Assembly (NCBI GenBank): GCA_965238005.1
Contig: OZ250165.1
Span: 512,001 to 576,000, forward strand
From: Longimicrobiales bacterium
Lineage (GTDB): Bacteria; Gemmatimonadota; Gemmatimonadetes; Longimicrobiales; Gaopeijiaceae
Reading direction: 5' to 3'
DNA: 64,000 bases
Part shown: piece by piece, positions 40,387 to 50,654 of the stretch
Numbering within the stretch: the stretch's first letter is position 1
How the letters are laid out: each line of letters starts with the position of its first letter
Notes under the pieces: generated by a model
What the model saw: the letters and a program-made list of their open reading frames with translations, nothing else
Database searches by the model: none
Told to the model about the DNA's origin: nothing
Translations under genes and position numbers: made by a program

Positions 40387-41916
40387 ATGTGCCGCGATCC
40401 CATCGCGGCCTTAAATGGACTCTGCATGCACTCTGCCGAGACGAGTATTCGTGCGCCTCTGGCCGACCGTTATCGCGTTCTGCTCGATATCGGCCGTACC
40501 CTGACCGGCACCCTGAGTCCCGAAGAGCTTTTTCGGGCCATCTACAGGGAGACGGCAAGAGTCGTGGAGGCGGCCGGATTCTACATCTCCCTGTACGACG
40601 CGGAGGCGGATCTCGCCACGGTCGTCTTCTATGCCGACCGAGGCGAGGAGAGCCAGTGTGACATCACCTACAAGGGCTCGCACAGCGAGGTGATCCGTAC
40701 CGGAAAGTCGACCACCGTCAAAGACCGGCTGAGCGCCAAGTCCGTCATGCTTCTGGGCGAAGAGGAGACCGAGATCACGCGGTCCGCCATCTCTGCTCCC
40801 CTCATCTACAAGGGCGAGGTCCGGGGTGCTCTCAGCACCCAGAGCTATCGTCCCAACGCGTATGGGTCAGAGGACCTGGAGCTCCTGGAGGGGATCGCCG
40901 ATCTGGCGGCGGTGGCCATCGAGAACGCCCGTCACGTGGCCGAGCTGGACCAGCGCTCCCGCGAGGCGGAGAAGCTCGAGGAGATCGGGCGGGCCCTCAC
41001 CAGCTCTCTCGACTTCGAAGAGGTCCTGGACCGGGTCTCCTCGGCTGGCATGGACCTCCTGGACGTCGATGGGGCCGGCGTTTGGACCTTCGAGCACACG
41101 CTCGCGACCGTGAGAGCCTCGGTAGGCCCCATCCAGGTTCCCGTGGGCGCCACCTGGGATCTCGAAGGCCCGCTGTACGAGACCCTGGTGAATAAGGGGA
41201 AGCCGTTCGTGATCGACGATCTGGCAGCAAGCCCCCTCGTTCCGGAGCACATGAGGGAGTTCCTGGAGGGCGGGAGCGGAGTAGCCGTTCCTTTGACGAT
41301 CGGAGAGCGTGTCGCCGGCATCCTGGCAGCCGGGTCGAAGCAGACCAGGGGCTTCTCCCAGGACGATATCGGACTGCTCACCCGTCTGGCTGGCCAGGCA
41401 TCCGTCGCCCTGGACAACGCCGAGCTTCACGCGAGCATCCAGGCCCTCTCCCTCACGGACGTGTTGACGGGTCTCCCCAACCGGAGGCACCTCCAGCTCC
41501 ACCTGGAGCGAGAAGTGGCCGCCGCGCGAAGGGGCCGGCGTCTCGTCCTGGTGATCTTCGACCTGGACGAGTTCAAGCACTACAACGACACCCTGGGTCA
41601 CGTGGTGGGTGATCAGATCCTCAAGGCGTTCGGACGCCTCCTGGCGGACGAGAACCGGGCCATGAACCTCGTGGCCCGATACGGCGGCGACGAGTTCGTG
41701 TCGGTCCTCTCCGAGAGCGACGAAGAGGGCGCCCAGGGTTATCTCGCACGGGTGCAGCAGCGGATCCGAGCGGACCGCGTTCTGGCGCCGCATGGCGTGA
41801 CCGTGAGCGCCGGCATGGCCCACTTCGAGACGAACCAGATGCTCGGGGTCGAGGAGCTCATTCAGGCCGCCGACCGGCACATGTACGAGAACAAGGACCG
41901 CCCGAGGCGTACCTGA
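40387..41916 (+). CDS. GAF-GAF-GGDEF diguanylate cyclase
   Basis: Two GAF-like domains, TDVLTGLPNRR, DLDEFKHYNDTLGH, ARYGGDEF; start may be 40426. Confidence 0.92.
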   Translation: MCRDPIAALNGLCMHSAETSIRAPLADRYRVLLDIGRTLTGTLSPEELFRAIYRETARVVEAAGFYISLYDAEADLATVVFYADRGEESQCDITYKGSHSEVIRTGKSTTVKDRLSAKSVMLLGEEETEITRSAISAPLIYKGEVRGALSTQSYRPNAYGSEDLELLEGIADLAAVAIENARHVAELDQRSREAEKLEEIGRALTSSLDFEEVLDRVSSAGMDLLDVDGAGVWTFEHTLATVRASVGPIQVPVGATWDLEGPLYETLVNKGKPFVIDDLAASPLVPEHMREFLEGGSGVAVPLTIGERVAGILAAGSKQTRGFSQDDIGLLTRLAGQASVALDNAELHASIQALSLTDVLTGLPNRRHLQLHLEREVAAARRGRRLVLVIFDLDEFKHYNDTLGHVVGDQILKAFGRLLADENRAMNLVARYGGDEFVSVLSESDEEGAQGYLARVQQRIRADRVLAPHGVTVSAGMAHFETNQMLGVEELIQAADRHMYENKDRPRRT

Positions 41917-41948
41917 GCCCGGTCGGGATGACAACCGCCTCTACGCGG

Positions 41949-41981
41949 AAGGCCCGGTTCCCTCCAAGGGGACCGGGCCTT
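41949..41981. terminator. Hairpin between convergent genes
   Basis: AAGGCCCGGTTCCC / GGGGACCGGGCCTT. Confidence 0.6.
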
Positions 41982-42022
41982 GGTCTTCCAGTCTGAGCTG
42001 GCTCGCGTTGCGATGCCCCGCG

Positions 42023-43327
42023 TCAACCCACCGATGCGCCCTCCCCCAGGACCTCGACCTCGAGGGTCTCCGGATCCACCATGGGCTGCCAGACCTGGAT
42101 CACCGGGAAGGTCGAGAGGAACCACCGCACTGCGTAGAGGAAGAGCCCGAGGAACATGAGCGCGATCAGGAATTCGGTCGCTCCGATGGGAGGCGTGTCG
42201 TGGTCCCGGATGGACGGCGCCACCATGAGATGCTTCTCGAGCCAGAGACCCCCCAAGATGACGAAGGTGACGGCCCGCAAGAACGCCGGATTCATCTTGG
42301 GCTTCCGCCCCATGAGAAACGCGAAGGGCACGACGAAGCACATCACGACTACCATGGCCGACAGCCGTCCCCAGGGCTCCTCGGCCCGGTGGATGATCCA
42401 GGCCTGCTCCCATGGAAGCTTCCCGTACCAGATCACGAGGTACTGGGCGAAGAACAGATAGGCCCAGAAGACGGAGAAGGCGAAGGTCAGCTTACCGAGG
42501 TCGTGGAGCTGCTGCCGCCCCATGGCCTTGTCGAACCGTTGGTCCCGCTTGAGCAGCGTGACCAAGCAGGCGGTCGCCGCCATGCCGCTCCAGAACGCCC
42601 CCATGAAGAACCACGGGCCCATCATGGTGGAGAACCAGTGCGGCTCGAGGGACATGACCCAGTCGTACGCGAGGATGCTCATCACCACGACGTAGAGAAT
42701 CACGAAGGCCGGACCCAGCTTGGTCATGCGCCGATAGGAGTGGACCTCCTCGGCCTCCTGGCCCCTCCAGCCCTGCGTGAGACGCTCCCGCCAAGCCGCT
42801 CGGCCCGGATCGGAGTCACCGTTGTCCTTGGCCAGTCCCATGTCGGGGCGGAGCGCCATGTAGGCGAAGTACAGGGAAGCCCCGAAGAGGACCACCACCC
42901 CCACCACGTTCCGCGTCACCAGGAACGGCATGTTGAGGTATGCCGCCTTCTTCTGGAGGATGGGATCGTGGGCCATCTCCGCAATCCAGGGGAAGAACGA
43001 CTCCTCGAGCCCAAGCATCGGCAGGAGCATGACGAATGAGATGGGAAGGAACGCCACGAAGGAAAGGCTCACCCGCCGGACCGACCAGTTCCACCTCGAC
43101 TTGGTGATCCAGGTGGCCACGGTGAGGAGCATCGCCCCCATGGCCACGTTCGTGAAGAAGAGCCAGTTGGAGACGTAGGACTGCCAGGCCCGGTCCGGGT
43201 CGTTGCCCAGGGCGAAGATGAAGCCCGCCAACCCCACCACGAACATGCCCACGAAGAGCATGTTCGCGTTCTTGGAGCGAGGCAGATAGCGGACCGGAAT
43301 CTCGGAGGGGACGTGGATGTGGCTCAT
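42023..43327 (-). CDS. actF: Alternative complex III subunit ActF
   Basis: Multi-TM NrfD-like paralog; DWVMSLEPHWFST, HDLGKL, QYLVIWYG. Confidence 0.88.
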   Translation of the reverse strand: MSHIHVPSEIPVRYLPRSKNANMLFVGMFVVGLAGFIFALGNDPDRAWQSYVSNWLFFTNVAMGAMLLTVATWITKSRWNWSVRRVSLSFVAFLPISFVMLLPMLGLEESFFPWIAEMAHDPILQKKAAYLNMPFLVTRNVVGVVVLFGASLYFAYMALRPDMGLAKDNGDSDPGRAAWRERLTQGWRGQEAEEVHSYRRMTKLGPAFVILYVVVMSILAYDWVMSLEPHWFSTMMGPWFFMGAFWSGMAATACLVTLLKRDQRFDKAMGRQQLHDLGKLTFAFSVFWAYLFFAQYLVIWYGKLPWEQAWIIHRAEEPWGRLSAMVVVMCFVVPFAFLMGRKPKMNPAFLRAVTFVILGGLWLEKHLMVAPSIRDHDTPPIGATEFLIALMFLGLFLYAVRWFLSTFPVIQVWQPMVDPETLEVEVLGEGASVG

Positions 43328-43330
43328 GGC

Positions 43331-43951
43331 CTAGTCCTCCGCCCCGGCCACGGCCGGCTCGTTTCCGGCCTGACGCTGCAGCACACGAACGTAGTTCACG
43401 ATGTTCCAGCGATCGAAGTGGCTGATCTGGTGTCCATACGGCGGCATGAGGCCACGGCCCACGCGCATTATCCCATAGATGTACCCGTCGCTGTAGCCCG
43501 CCACTACGGGTCCGGACAGGTTGTACGCCACCAGGAGCGGGTACTTCTCGATGATGTTGGCCTGGGCGCCGATACCGGCTGCACCGTGGCACACGGCGCA
43601 GAAGCGATTGAACAACACCTCACCACGGGCCACCGAGGCCTCGTCGGGCGCGACCGGATTGGGCAGCGCCTGCACCACGGGCTGGAACAGGTCCGCCTGG
43701 GTGAAGGGCGGCGCGTTGAAGCCCCTCACGGGCTGGCCGGTATTCAGCTGGCCCGGCCCGGGAGTGATGTTGCCGGCCGCGAAGGGCACGCTGTTCGGCG
43801 GAGGAGCGAGCGTGTTCTCGTAGGGGTCGAAGGATCTGGAGTCCCGCATGTGGCGACCGAAGATGCTCGCCATGACGTTGTCGAGAGGGGTACAGGCGGT
43901 CGTCGCCGCTAGCAGAGCCAGAACCACGCTGAGGCGCGCTTTACGAAGCAT
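43331..43951 (-). CDS. actE: Alternative complex III monoheme cytochrome c lipoprotein ActE
   Basis: Lipobox-like TTAC, CAVCH, GLMP. Confidence 0.88.
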   Translation of the reverse strand: MLRKARLSVVLALLAATTACTPLDNVMASIFGRHMRDSRSFDPYENTLAPPPNSVPFAAGNITPGPGQLNTGQPVRGFNAPPFTQADLFQPVVQALPNPVAPDEASVARGEVLFNRFCAVCHGAAGIGAQANIIEKYPLLVAYNLSGPVVAGYSDGYIYGIMRVGRGLMPPYGHQISHFDRWNIVNYVRVLQRQAGNEPAVAGAED

Positions 43952-44471
43952 GGGCCACCCCCGCGGGATCTTCCCGCACTTCGACCGGATCCTGCCCTTG
44001 TAAGATGCCGCGCGCCTCGTCCAGTCGGTCCGGAGGGGCGGTCACGTAGACACCGAAGCGACCGGCGCTGAACTCCGGATCGTAGACCACCATGGGCTTC
44101 ACAAAAGGAAGGCGGGCGTTGATGAAGAGGCCGATCACCGTGGCCAGAACTCCGAACAGCACCGCCATCTCGAATGCGATGATAATGTACGCCGGTATGG
44201 AGAGGATCGGCTTGCCACCCGTGACGAGTGGCCAATCCATGGAGGTGAACGACGTCAGGGCGAAGCCTCCCGCCGCGCCGCAGAGTCCTCCGGCGAGCGT
44301 CCAGACACGCACGGGGCTCTGGTCGTAACCGAGAGCCTCCTCGATGTGAAGGTCGGGATAGGGCATGTAGGCGGTGATCTTCTTGAGCCCCGACGCTCTC
44401 AGCTTCTCGATGGCGTTCACCGCCGAGTCGACGTACTCGTAAGAGGCCACAAGGCCGGTCGTGGCGCTCAT
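43941..44471 (-). CDS. actD: Alternative complex III subunit ActD (DUF3341)
   Basis: AYMPYP..EALG, WPLVTGGKP, AFEMAVLFG. Confidence 0.9.
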   Translation of the reverse strand: MSATTGLVASYEYVDSAVNAIEKLRASGLKKITAYMPYPDLHIEEALGYDQSPVRVWTLAGGLCGAAGGFALTSFTSMDWPLVTGGKPILSIPAYIIIAFEMAVLFGVLATVIGLFINARLPFVKPMVVYDPEFSAGRFGVYVTAPPDRLDEARGILQGQDPVEVREDPAGVAHAS

Positions 44472-45859
44472 GGCTCACCCCCTTCCCCACCAGCGTGGGC
44501 CAGTGCGGCACTACGCATGGGCGTGGGCAGCACCTCCTTCAGCTCGGCGATGGCCACCGGCGGTAGCAACCGCGTGAAGAGGAGGAACCAGAAGCCGAAC
44601 CAGGCGAAGCTCCCCAACCCGATCCCCATCTCGACGAGCGAGGGTCTATAGACGCCCCACGCGAAGGGCTCGTACCCGTGGTGGAGCCCCGTGACGATGA
44701 TCACGTAGCGCTCGAACCACATTCCGATGTTGATGAAGATCGAGATGACGAACAGGGCGGGGATCGAGTACCTCACGCGCTTGAACCAGAGCATGACGGG
44801 CACCATCCCGTTGCACACCAACATGATCCAGGCGGCCCACCAGTAGTGACCGAAGAATCTGGCCCAAGAGGAGGCGCGCTCCACTTCCTCACCGCTGTAC
44901 CACGCCATGAAGAACTCGGCGAGGTAGGCGTAGAGCACGATCATCGACGTGAACAGGCAGAGCTTCGCCATGGCGTCGTAGTGCTTGGTCGTGAGGTACG
45001 CCTCGAGGCCGAAGACCTTCCTCAGGGGAACCGTGAGGGTGATCACCAAGGCGACGCCCGAGAAGATGGCGCCGGCGACGAAGTAGGGAGCGAAGATGGT
45101 GGTGTGCCACCCCGGCACGATCGCCACGGCGAAGTCCCAGGAAACCACGGAGTGGACGGAGAGGACCAGGGGCGTGGCCAGGGCGGCCAGAAAGATGTAT
45201 GCCTTGCCGAAGTGGTGCCATTCACGGTCCGTGCCGCGCCACCCCAGAGATATGACCTGGTAGAGCTTCTTCCTCACGCCCGTCGCCGCATCCCGGGCGG
45301 CGGCCAGGTCGGGTATCGTCCCCAGGTAGAAGAAGATCGCCGAGACCGTGAAGTACGTGGTCACGGCGAAGACGTCCCAGACCAGGGGCGAGCGGAAGTT
45401 GGGCCACAGGAAGCGGCTGTTCGGATACGGAATCATCCAATATCCATGCCAGACGCGTCCCATGTGGATGAGTGGGAACAGCCCCGCGGTCATGACAGCG
45501 AACACGGTCATGGCCTCGGCAGTACGGTAGATGGACTGACGCCACGGCGCCCGGAAGAGGAAGAGGATGGCCGAGATCAGCGTGCCCGAGTGGGCGATGC
45601 CGACCCAGAACACGAAGGAGGTGATGTAGACACCCCAGCCCACCGGACTGGTGAGTCCACTGACTCCGACCCCCTTCCACAGCTGGATGCCCCAGGACCC
45701 GAAGAAGACCCCGAGTCCGGCGACGGCCACGCCGAAGAGTAGCCACCAGCCCAGTCCTGGCCGCTCCAGCGCCCTCAGGACATCCCGGTTGACCTCGTCG
45801 AGGCGATGGACGTCCGGATGGGGTAGGGCGCCCCTCGCCTGTTCGGTCGCCGTGGTCAT
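44468..45859 (-). CDS. actC: Alternative complex III quinol-binding subunit ActC (NrfD family)
   Basis: FVFWVGIAHSGTLISAIL, NFRSPLVWDVFAV, SVHSVVSWDFA. Confidence 0.93.
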   Translation of the reverse strand: MTTATEQARGALPHPDVHRLDEVNRDVLRALERPGLGWWLLFGVAVAGLGVFFGSWGIQLWKGVGVSGLTSPVGWGVYITSFVFWVGIAHSGTLISAILFLFRAPWRQSIYRTAEAMTVFAVMTAGLFPLIHMGRVWHGYWMIPYPNSRFLWPNFRSPLVWDVFAVTTYFTVSAIFFYLGTIPDLAAARDAATGVRKKLYQVISLGWRGTDREWHHFGKAYIFLAALATPLVLSVHSVVSWDFAVAIVPGWHTTIFAPYFVAGAIFSGVALVITLTVPLRKVFGLEAYLTTKHYDAMAKLCLFTSMIVLYAYLAEFFMAWYSGEEVERASSWARFFGHYWWAAWIMLVCNGMVPVMLWFKRVRYSIPALFVISIFINIGMWFERYVIIVTGLHHGYEPFAWGVYRPSLVEMGIGLGSFAWFGFWFLLFTRLLPPVAIAELKEVLPTPMRSAALAHAGGEGGEP

Positions 45860-48800
45860 CAGTGCTCTCCCGATTCCACGTCGTGGAACGTCACCTTCTT
45901 CAAGTAGCTCACCGCCGGTTGGGTGTTGAGCATCTCGTCCAGCACTCGATAGACCCTCTCGCTCTGGACCGACTGGGCCACCCGGGAGCGGGGATCACGG
46001 ATGTTGCCGAAGACGATGGCCTCGGCCGGACAGCTCTGTTGACAGGCCGGGATGATATCGCCGTCCCGCAGCGTGCTTCCCTCGACGGCCACCCGGTTCT
46101 GCACATTGCGGATACGATGGATGCAGAAGGAGCACTTCTCCATGATGCCGTTCTCGCGCACCGTCACATCCGGGTTGAACGCCCAGTTGAGAGGCTCCGG
46201 AGCGTGTCCCAGGCCTTCCCGCACCGGCTCTTCGTTCGTATACGTGTACCAGTTGAACACCCGGACCTTATAGGGGCAGTTGTTCAGGCAGTAGCGTGTT
46301 CCGACGCAGCGGTTGTAGACCTGCGCGTTGATCCCGTCCGGCGTGTGGTACGTGGCGAAGACGGGGCAGACGGGCTCGCACGGCGCGTTGCCGCAGTGCT
46401 GGCAGATCATGGGCAGGAAGCGCACGTCCAACGGCCCGGCGTGGCTCGCGTCCACGGCCTCGTAGTAGCGCTCCAGGCGGATCCACCCCATGTCGCGGCC
46501 CATGGTCACCTGATTCTCTCCGACCCATGCCACGTTGTTTTCGGACTGACACGCCGTCACGCATGCGCTACACCCCGTGCACTTGTCGAGGTCGATGGTC
46601 ATGGCCCATCGAGGCTCCTCCGGATCTCCGTACTCGCCGTGCCGGGCTCCCTCCAGAGGGAAGTCCTCGGGACGGCCCTCGGTCTCGACCGGAACGAAGC
46701 CACCGACCCCCTGCAGCTCCTTCAGCGGACCGTGCGCGTCCTCTTCCTCGGCCTGCTCGGCCTCGCCCACCAGCGCGCTCAGAGCCACCGCCGGAGTGAT
46801 GGGACGATTGCTCTGCGAGTCCGAGCCCGCGATGGAGGCCAAGGGCCTGCGCCGGCCGGTGGGCGTCACCGTGACCTTGGTGGCGAAGTGAACCAGACCG
46901 CCCGACAGCGCTTCGGCTTCGGTCGGCAGCAGATCGAGGGGATTCACGCCGTTTCCGTCGCTGAAGCGCCCGGCACCGTCGTGGCCCCCTCCCATGGGTA
47001 CGGCCACCACGTTCTCCCGGATGCCCGGGTAGGTCCAAACCGGCACTTCCACGGAGCCGTGGTCCGTGGAGAGGATAACCAGGTCACCGTTCTTGAGCCC
47101 CATGGACTCGGCGCGGTTCGGGTGCATCTCCACCCAGGAGTGCCAGGTGATCTTGCTGACGGGATCGGGCAGCTCGTGCAGCCACGGCCGGTTGGAGTTC
47201 AGGGCTCCATCCCCGAAGCGCGACGACGGATACACCATCAGGTGCAGATCGCCCCGGCCGTCGAAGTCCGGCGGATCGAAGACCAGCGCGCGATCTGGCT
47301 GCCGGAGCGTTTGAGACACGCCAGCAAGGCCGGATCCGATATTCACCACCCCGGACTTAAGCGCCTCGCGCCAGAATGCGTCGGAGTCGGTGGCTCCCGC
47401 CGAAGCGGCGACGGCCTGCCAACGCGTGCGCAGCCGGTCATAGAGGGTGGCCGAGCCGAGGTCCTGCCCCATGCGTGCCGCGACCGAGAGGAGCACGTCC
47501 CCCGTCTGCTTGGAGTCGAAGTGGGGCACAGGCTGCATGGCCGGCTGCTGCAGCGCCCAGAGGCCTGGCCGGATGGCCGAATCGCCCCAGGACTCCAGGA
47601 AGTGCCGGTCCGGGAGGATCAGGTCGGCAAGGGCCGCCGTCTCGTCGGGAGCCGACGCGAAGGACACCTTGAAGGGCACGCTCTCGAAAGCCTGTCGGAA
47701 GCCCGACGACGCCGGCAGCGAGTAGATCGGATTGCTGTCGTGGACCAGCAACGTCCCTATGGCTCCCTGGCCGATCAGCTGCATGACCCGCTGCACCCCC
47801 GGATAGCCGAAGGCGGGAGCGTTGAGTTGGGGCGTGTTGTAGTGCACCGTCCTGCCCACGTTGCCGGCTACGGCATTGAGAACGGTCACGGCCAGGTTGG
47901 CGGCCGTGGCGTTCCGGTGTTGTCCTGCGACACCCGGGCCCAGAGCCAGGCTAGGCTCCGCCTCGGAAAACCGGAGGGCCAGCTCGCGGATGCTCTCGGC
48001 CGAGATACCGGTGGCGTCCGCGACGTTCTCGGGGGTGTAGGCGTTGACGATGTCTCTATATGGGCCGGCTCCGGCGCCGGCGCCGGAGATGACGTTCGCC
48101 ATGGCGAGCGCCACGAGTGCCTCGCTTCCCGGCTGGATAGGAAGCCACTCGTCGGCGTTCTGGCCGGTCAGAGAGAGTCTGGAGCCGATGAAGACGAAGC
48201 GCCCCTTCCTGCCCCGCTCATCCACCCCGCTCATGCGAGCGAAGCCCCGCGCGTCACGCACGGGCGAGAGCCAGCTCTCGAGGAAGTCGGCACCGAACGA
48301 GACCAGGAGGCGAGCCTCTTCGATATCGTACCAGGGCACCACGTTAGCCCCGAATGCGATCCGACCGGCCTCGCGGAGTGGCGCCTCGGCCAGCGTGTCG
48401 TAGCGGACGACTCCGCCACCCGTGGCTCCGGCGAACTCCTCGAAGAGCGTCATCAACGAGGGTCCGGCGAATCCCGTAAGCAGGAGATGCTGTCCCTCTG
48501 ACGAAATACGGTCCGCCAGCATCTGCTCCGCCTCGTCCCACGAGATGGGCTGGAGCTGGCCGTTCTGTCGAACCATGGGCCCAGTGAAGCGGTCGGGATT
48601 GTAGAGCCCCTGGATGCTCGAGTGTCCTCTGGAGCAGAGGGCCCCGCCCGAGACAGGATGGTCGGGATTCCCCTCGACCTTCACGACGCGGCCTTCCATG
48701 GTGCGGACCCAAATTCCGCATCCCGCCTCACATTCGCCGCACACCGACGTGTACCACGTGGCGACGCCGGGGGTGATCTCTTCGGGGGGAACCACGTACG

Positions 48801-48906
48801 GAATCAGGCGCTCGACGCTCTCTGTCGAGCAGCCCACCACGCTGGCACCTGCTCCGCTGACACCCAGAACCTTCAGGAACTCGCGTCTCTTCAGTCCGTC
48901 GCTCAT
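45859..48906 (-). CDS. actB: Alternative complex III subunit ActB (molybdopterin-fold + Fe-S domain)
   Basis: Tat signal RREFLK; KVEGNPDHP; C-terminal CTGCSAC, CQHCGNAPC, RCVGTRYC, EKCSFC. Confidence 0.92.
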   Translation of the reverse strand: MSDGLKRREFLKVLGVSGAGASVVGCSTESVERLIPYVVPPEEITPGVATWYTSVCGECEAGCGIWVRTMEGRVVKVEGNPDHPVSGGALCSRGHSSIQGLYNPDRFTGPMVRQNGQLQPISWDEAEQMLADRISSEGQHLLLTGFAGPSLMTLFEEFAGATGGGVVRYDTLAEAPLREAGRIAFGANVVPWYDIEEARLLVSFGADFLESWLSPVRDARGFARMSGVDERGRKGRFVFIGSRLSLTGQNADEWLPIQPGSEALVALAMANVISGAGAGAGPYRDIVNAYTPENVADATGISAESIRELALRFSEAEPSLALGPGVAGQHRNATAANLAVTVLNAVAGNVGRTVHYNTPQLNAPAFGYPGVQRVMQLIGQGAIGTLLVHDSNPIYSLPASSGFRQAFESVPFKVSFASAPDETAALADLILPDRHFLESWGDSAIRPGLWALQQPAMQPVPHFDSKQTGDVLLSVAARMGQDLGSATLYDRLRTRWQAVAASAGATDSDAFWREALKSGVVNIGSGLAGVSQTLRQPDRALVFDPPDFDGRGDLHLMVYPSSRFGDGALNSNRPWLHELPDPVSKITWHSWVEMHPNRAESMGLKNGDLVILSTDHGSVEVPVWTYPGIRENVVAVPMGGGHDGAGRFSDGNGVNPLDLLPTEAEALSGGLVHFATKVTVTPTGRRRPLASIAGSDSQSNRPITPAVALSALVGEAEQAEEEDAHGPLKELQGVGGFVPVETEGRPEDFPLEGARHGEYGDPEEPRWAMTIDLDKCTGCSACVTACQSENNVAWVGENQVTMGRDMGWIRLERYYEAVDASHAGPLDVRFLPMICQHCGNAPCEPVCPVFATYHTPDGINAQVYNRCVGTRYCLNNCPYKVRVFNWYTYTNEEPVREGLGHAPEPLNWAFNPDVTVRENGIMEKCSFCIHRIRNVQNRVAVEGSTLRDGDIIPACQQSCPAEAIVFGNIRDPRSRVAQSVQSERVYRVLDEMLNTQPAVSYLKKVTFHDVESGEH

Positions 48907-48922
48907 TGAATTGGTCCTGGAA

Positions 48923-49474
48923 TCAGTAGTGGCAGACCGCGCAGTCCCTGGAGACGTCGCGCTCGACGTGACAGGTTACGCACCAGCCCATGGCAAGAGG
49001 CTGGTTCACCTCCTCCAGCACGCCCATCTCCTGAACCTCCCCGTGGCAGGTGGCGCAATCGACGCCAGCCGCGACATGCCTCATGTGCGGGAAGTGGACG
49101 TGGTCGGCGACCTTGTAGATCCGCACCCACGGAATCGGCTCCTGATCGGTCCAGTAGTCGCGAACCTTCTGGATCTCAGCCTGCTGCCGCTCATCGGTTC
49201 CACCGATGATCTGATGGCAACCGATGCAGGTTCTGACTGGGGGGATCCCGGCGTCCACCGATCGCTCTGCCGAAAAGTGACAATACTGGCAGTCGATCCG
49301 GTCCACTCCGGCGTGAATGTTATGAGGAAAAGCGATTGGTTGGATGAAGGCGGTAGCCGCCCCGCCCGGCGTTTCCGATTCCTGTGCCGCACTGCTGTCC
49401 TGGGTCTGAGCGAAGGCCAGAGAGCCCAAGGTGGCGAGCACGACGATCGATGCAACTATCCATCCCTTCGTCAT
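48923..49474 (-). CDS. actA: Alternative complex III pentaheme cytochrome ActA
   Basis: Five CxxCH motifs (CQYCH, CIGCH, CATCH, CVTCH, CAVCH); QPIAFPHNIH. Confidence 0.92.
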   Translation of the reverse strand: MTKGWIVASIVVLATLGSLAFAQTQDSSAAQESETPGGAATAFIQPIAFPHNIHAGVDRIDCQYCHFSAERSVDAGIPPVRTCIGCHQIIGGTDERQQAEIQKVRDYWTDQEPIPWVRIYKVADHVHFPHMRHVAAGVDCATCHGEVQEMGVLEEVNQPLAMGWCVTCHVERDVSRDCAVCHY

Positions 49475-49660
49475 AAGTCCTGCCGCCCGGATGGGGGTGG
49501 GTGGGAGCAAGAGTCGTCTGTCTGAAACGGCAGGAAGCTACCAGAGCCTCAGGGTCATGTCAACGCTCCGCTAGCGGCCAAAAAGAACCTTTTTCTGTGC
49601 GTGAGTGTTATACTTTTCCCCCCCAGAAGAGGCCCTGGAGAACCCGGATGGGAGTGGGAT

Positions 49661-50635
49661 TTGGCCGACACGACAGCCATCATCGACACACTACCTACCG
49701 TCGACTTGATCGAGCGTCTGATCCATGAGGTGGAGCAGGTCTTTCACGGCAAGGAAGAGGTCGTGCGACTCGCCGTGTCGGCCCTCCTGGCCCGCGGACA
49801 CATCCTCTTCGAGGACGTCCCCGGTGTGGGTAAGACGACGCTGGCCCACGCACTCGCGACAGCCGTCGGTCTCTCGTTCCGCCGGATCCAGTTCACGAGC
49901 GACCTGCTGCCGTCCGACGTCCTGGGTGTGTCGATCTACAATCCGCGCACATCGGAGTTCGAGACGAGGCCCGGACCCATCTTCACGAACCTGGTTCTGG
50001 CCGACGAGATCAACCGTGCGCCGCCTCGAACCCAGAGCGGGCTCCTACAGGCCATGGAGGAAGGCGAGGTGAGCTTGGACGACACGACGTTCCAGCTCCC
50101 GCAGCCCTTCATGGTGATGGCCACCCAGAACCCTCTCGAGCATCATGGGACTTATCCCCTCCCCGAGAGCCAGGTCGATCGCTTCCTCATGCGCATCACC
50201 ATCGGCTACCCGGGAGAGGCGGCGGAGCGTCGCATTCTCCAGGAGTCCACGGAAGAGGGCGTCTGGGAGCAGCGCATCAGGACGGTTCTCACGTCGGCCG
50301 AGGTTCTAACGCTTCAGAACCAAGTCGCCGAGGTCCGGACCGAGGACTCCCTCATGGGCTACCTGATGGAGATCGTTCGACGCACCCGGATCGAGCCACG
50401 TCTCCGCATGGGGGTCAGCCCGCGAGGAGCCATCGGCCTGTTCAGGGCTTCAAGGGCCTACGCTCTTCTGAGTGGCCGGGACTTCCTGGTGCCGAGTGAC
50501 ATTCAGCATCTTGCAGGCCCATGCCTGGCCCATCGGATCCTTCCCATCGGAGCCACGGCGGCCACTCACGAGGCCCACGAGGAGGCCGGAGCGATCGTCG
50601 ACGAGATCCTCGAGGACGTAGCGGTCCCGGTGTAG
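49661..50635 (+). CDS. MoxR family AAA+ ATPase
   Basis: EDVPGVGKT, QFTSDLLPSD, LADEINRA, ATQNP; TTG start inferred. Confidence 0.93.
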   Translation: MADTTAIIDTLPTVDLIERLIHEVEQVFHGKEEVVRLAVSALLARGHILFEDVPGVGKTTLAHALATAVGLSFRRIQFTSDLLPSDVLGVSIYNPRTSEFETRPGPIFTNLVLADEINRAPPRTQSGLLQAMEEGEVSLDDTTFQLPQPFMVMATQNPLEHHGTYPLPESQVDRFLMRITIGYPGEAAERRILQESTEEGVWEQRIRTVLTSAEVLTLQNQVAEVRTEDSLMGYLMEIVRRTRIEPRLRMGVSPRGAIGLFRASRAYALLSGRDFLVPSDIQHLAGPCLAHRILPIGATAATHEAHEEAGAIVDEILEDVAVPV

Positions 50636-50654
50636 CCCCGCGGAGCGCCGACGG

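Noticed and set aside
45862..48501. 879-aa plus-strand ORF and other long antisense ORFs (e.g. 58044-59651, 42008-43039, 40867-41934)
   Set aside because: They shadow well-supported genes on the opposite strand; this is expected from high-GC codon bias and they carry no motifs.
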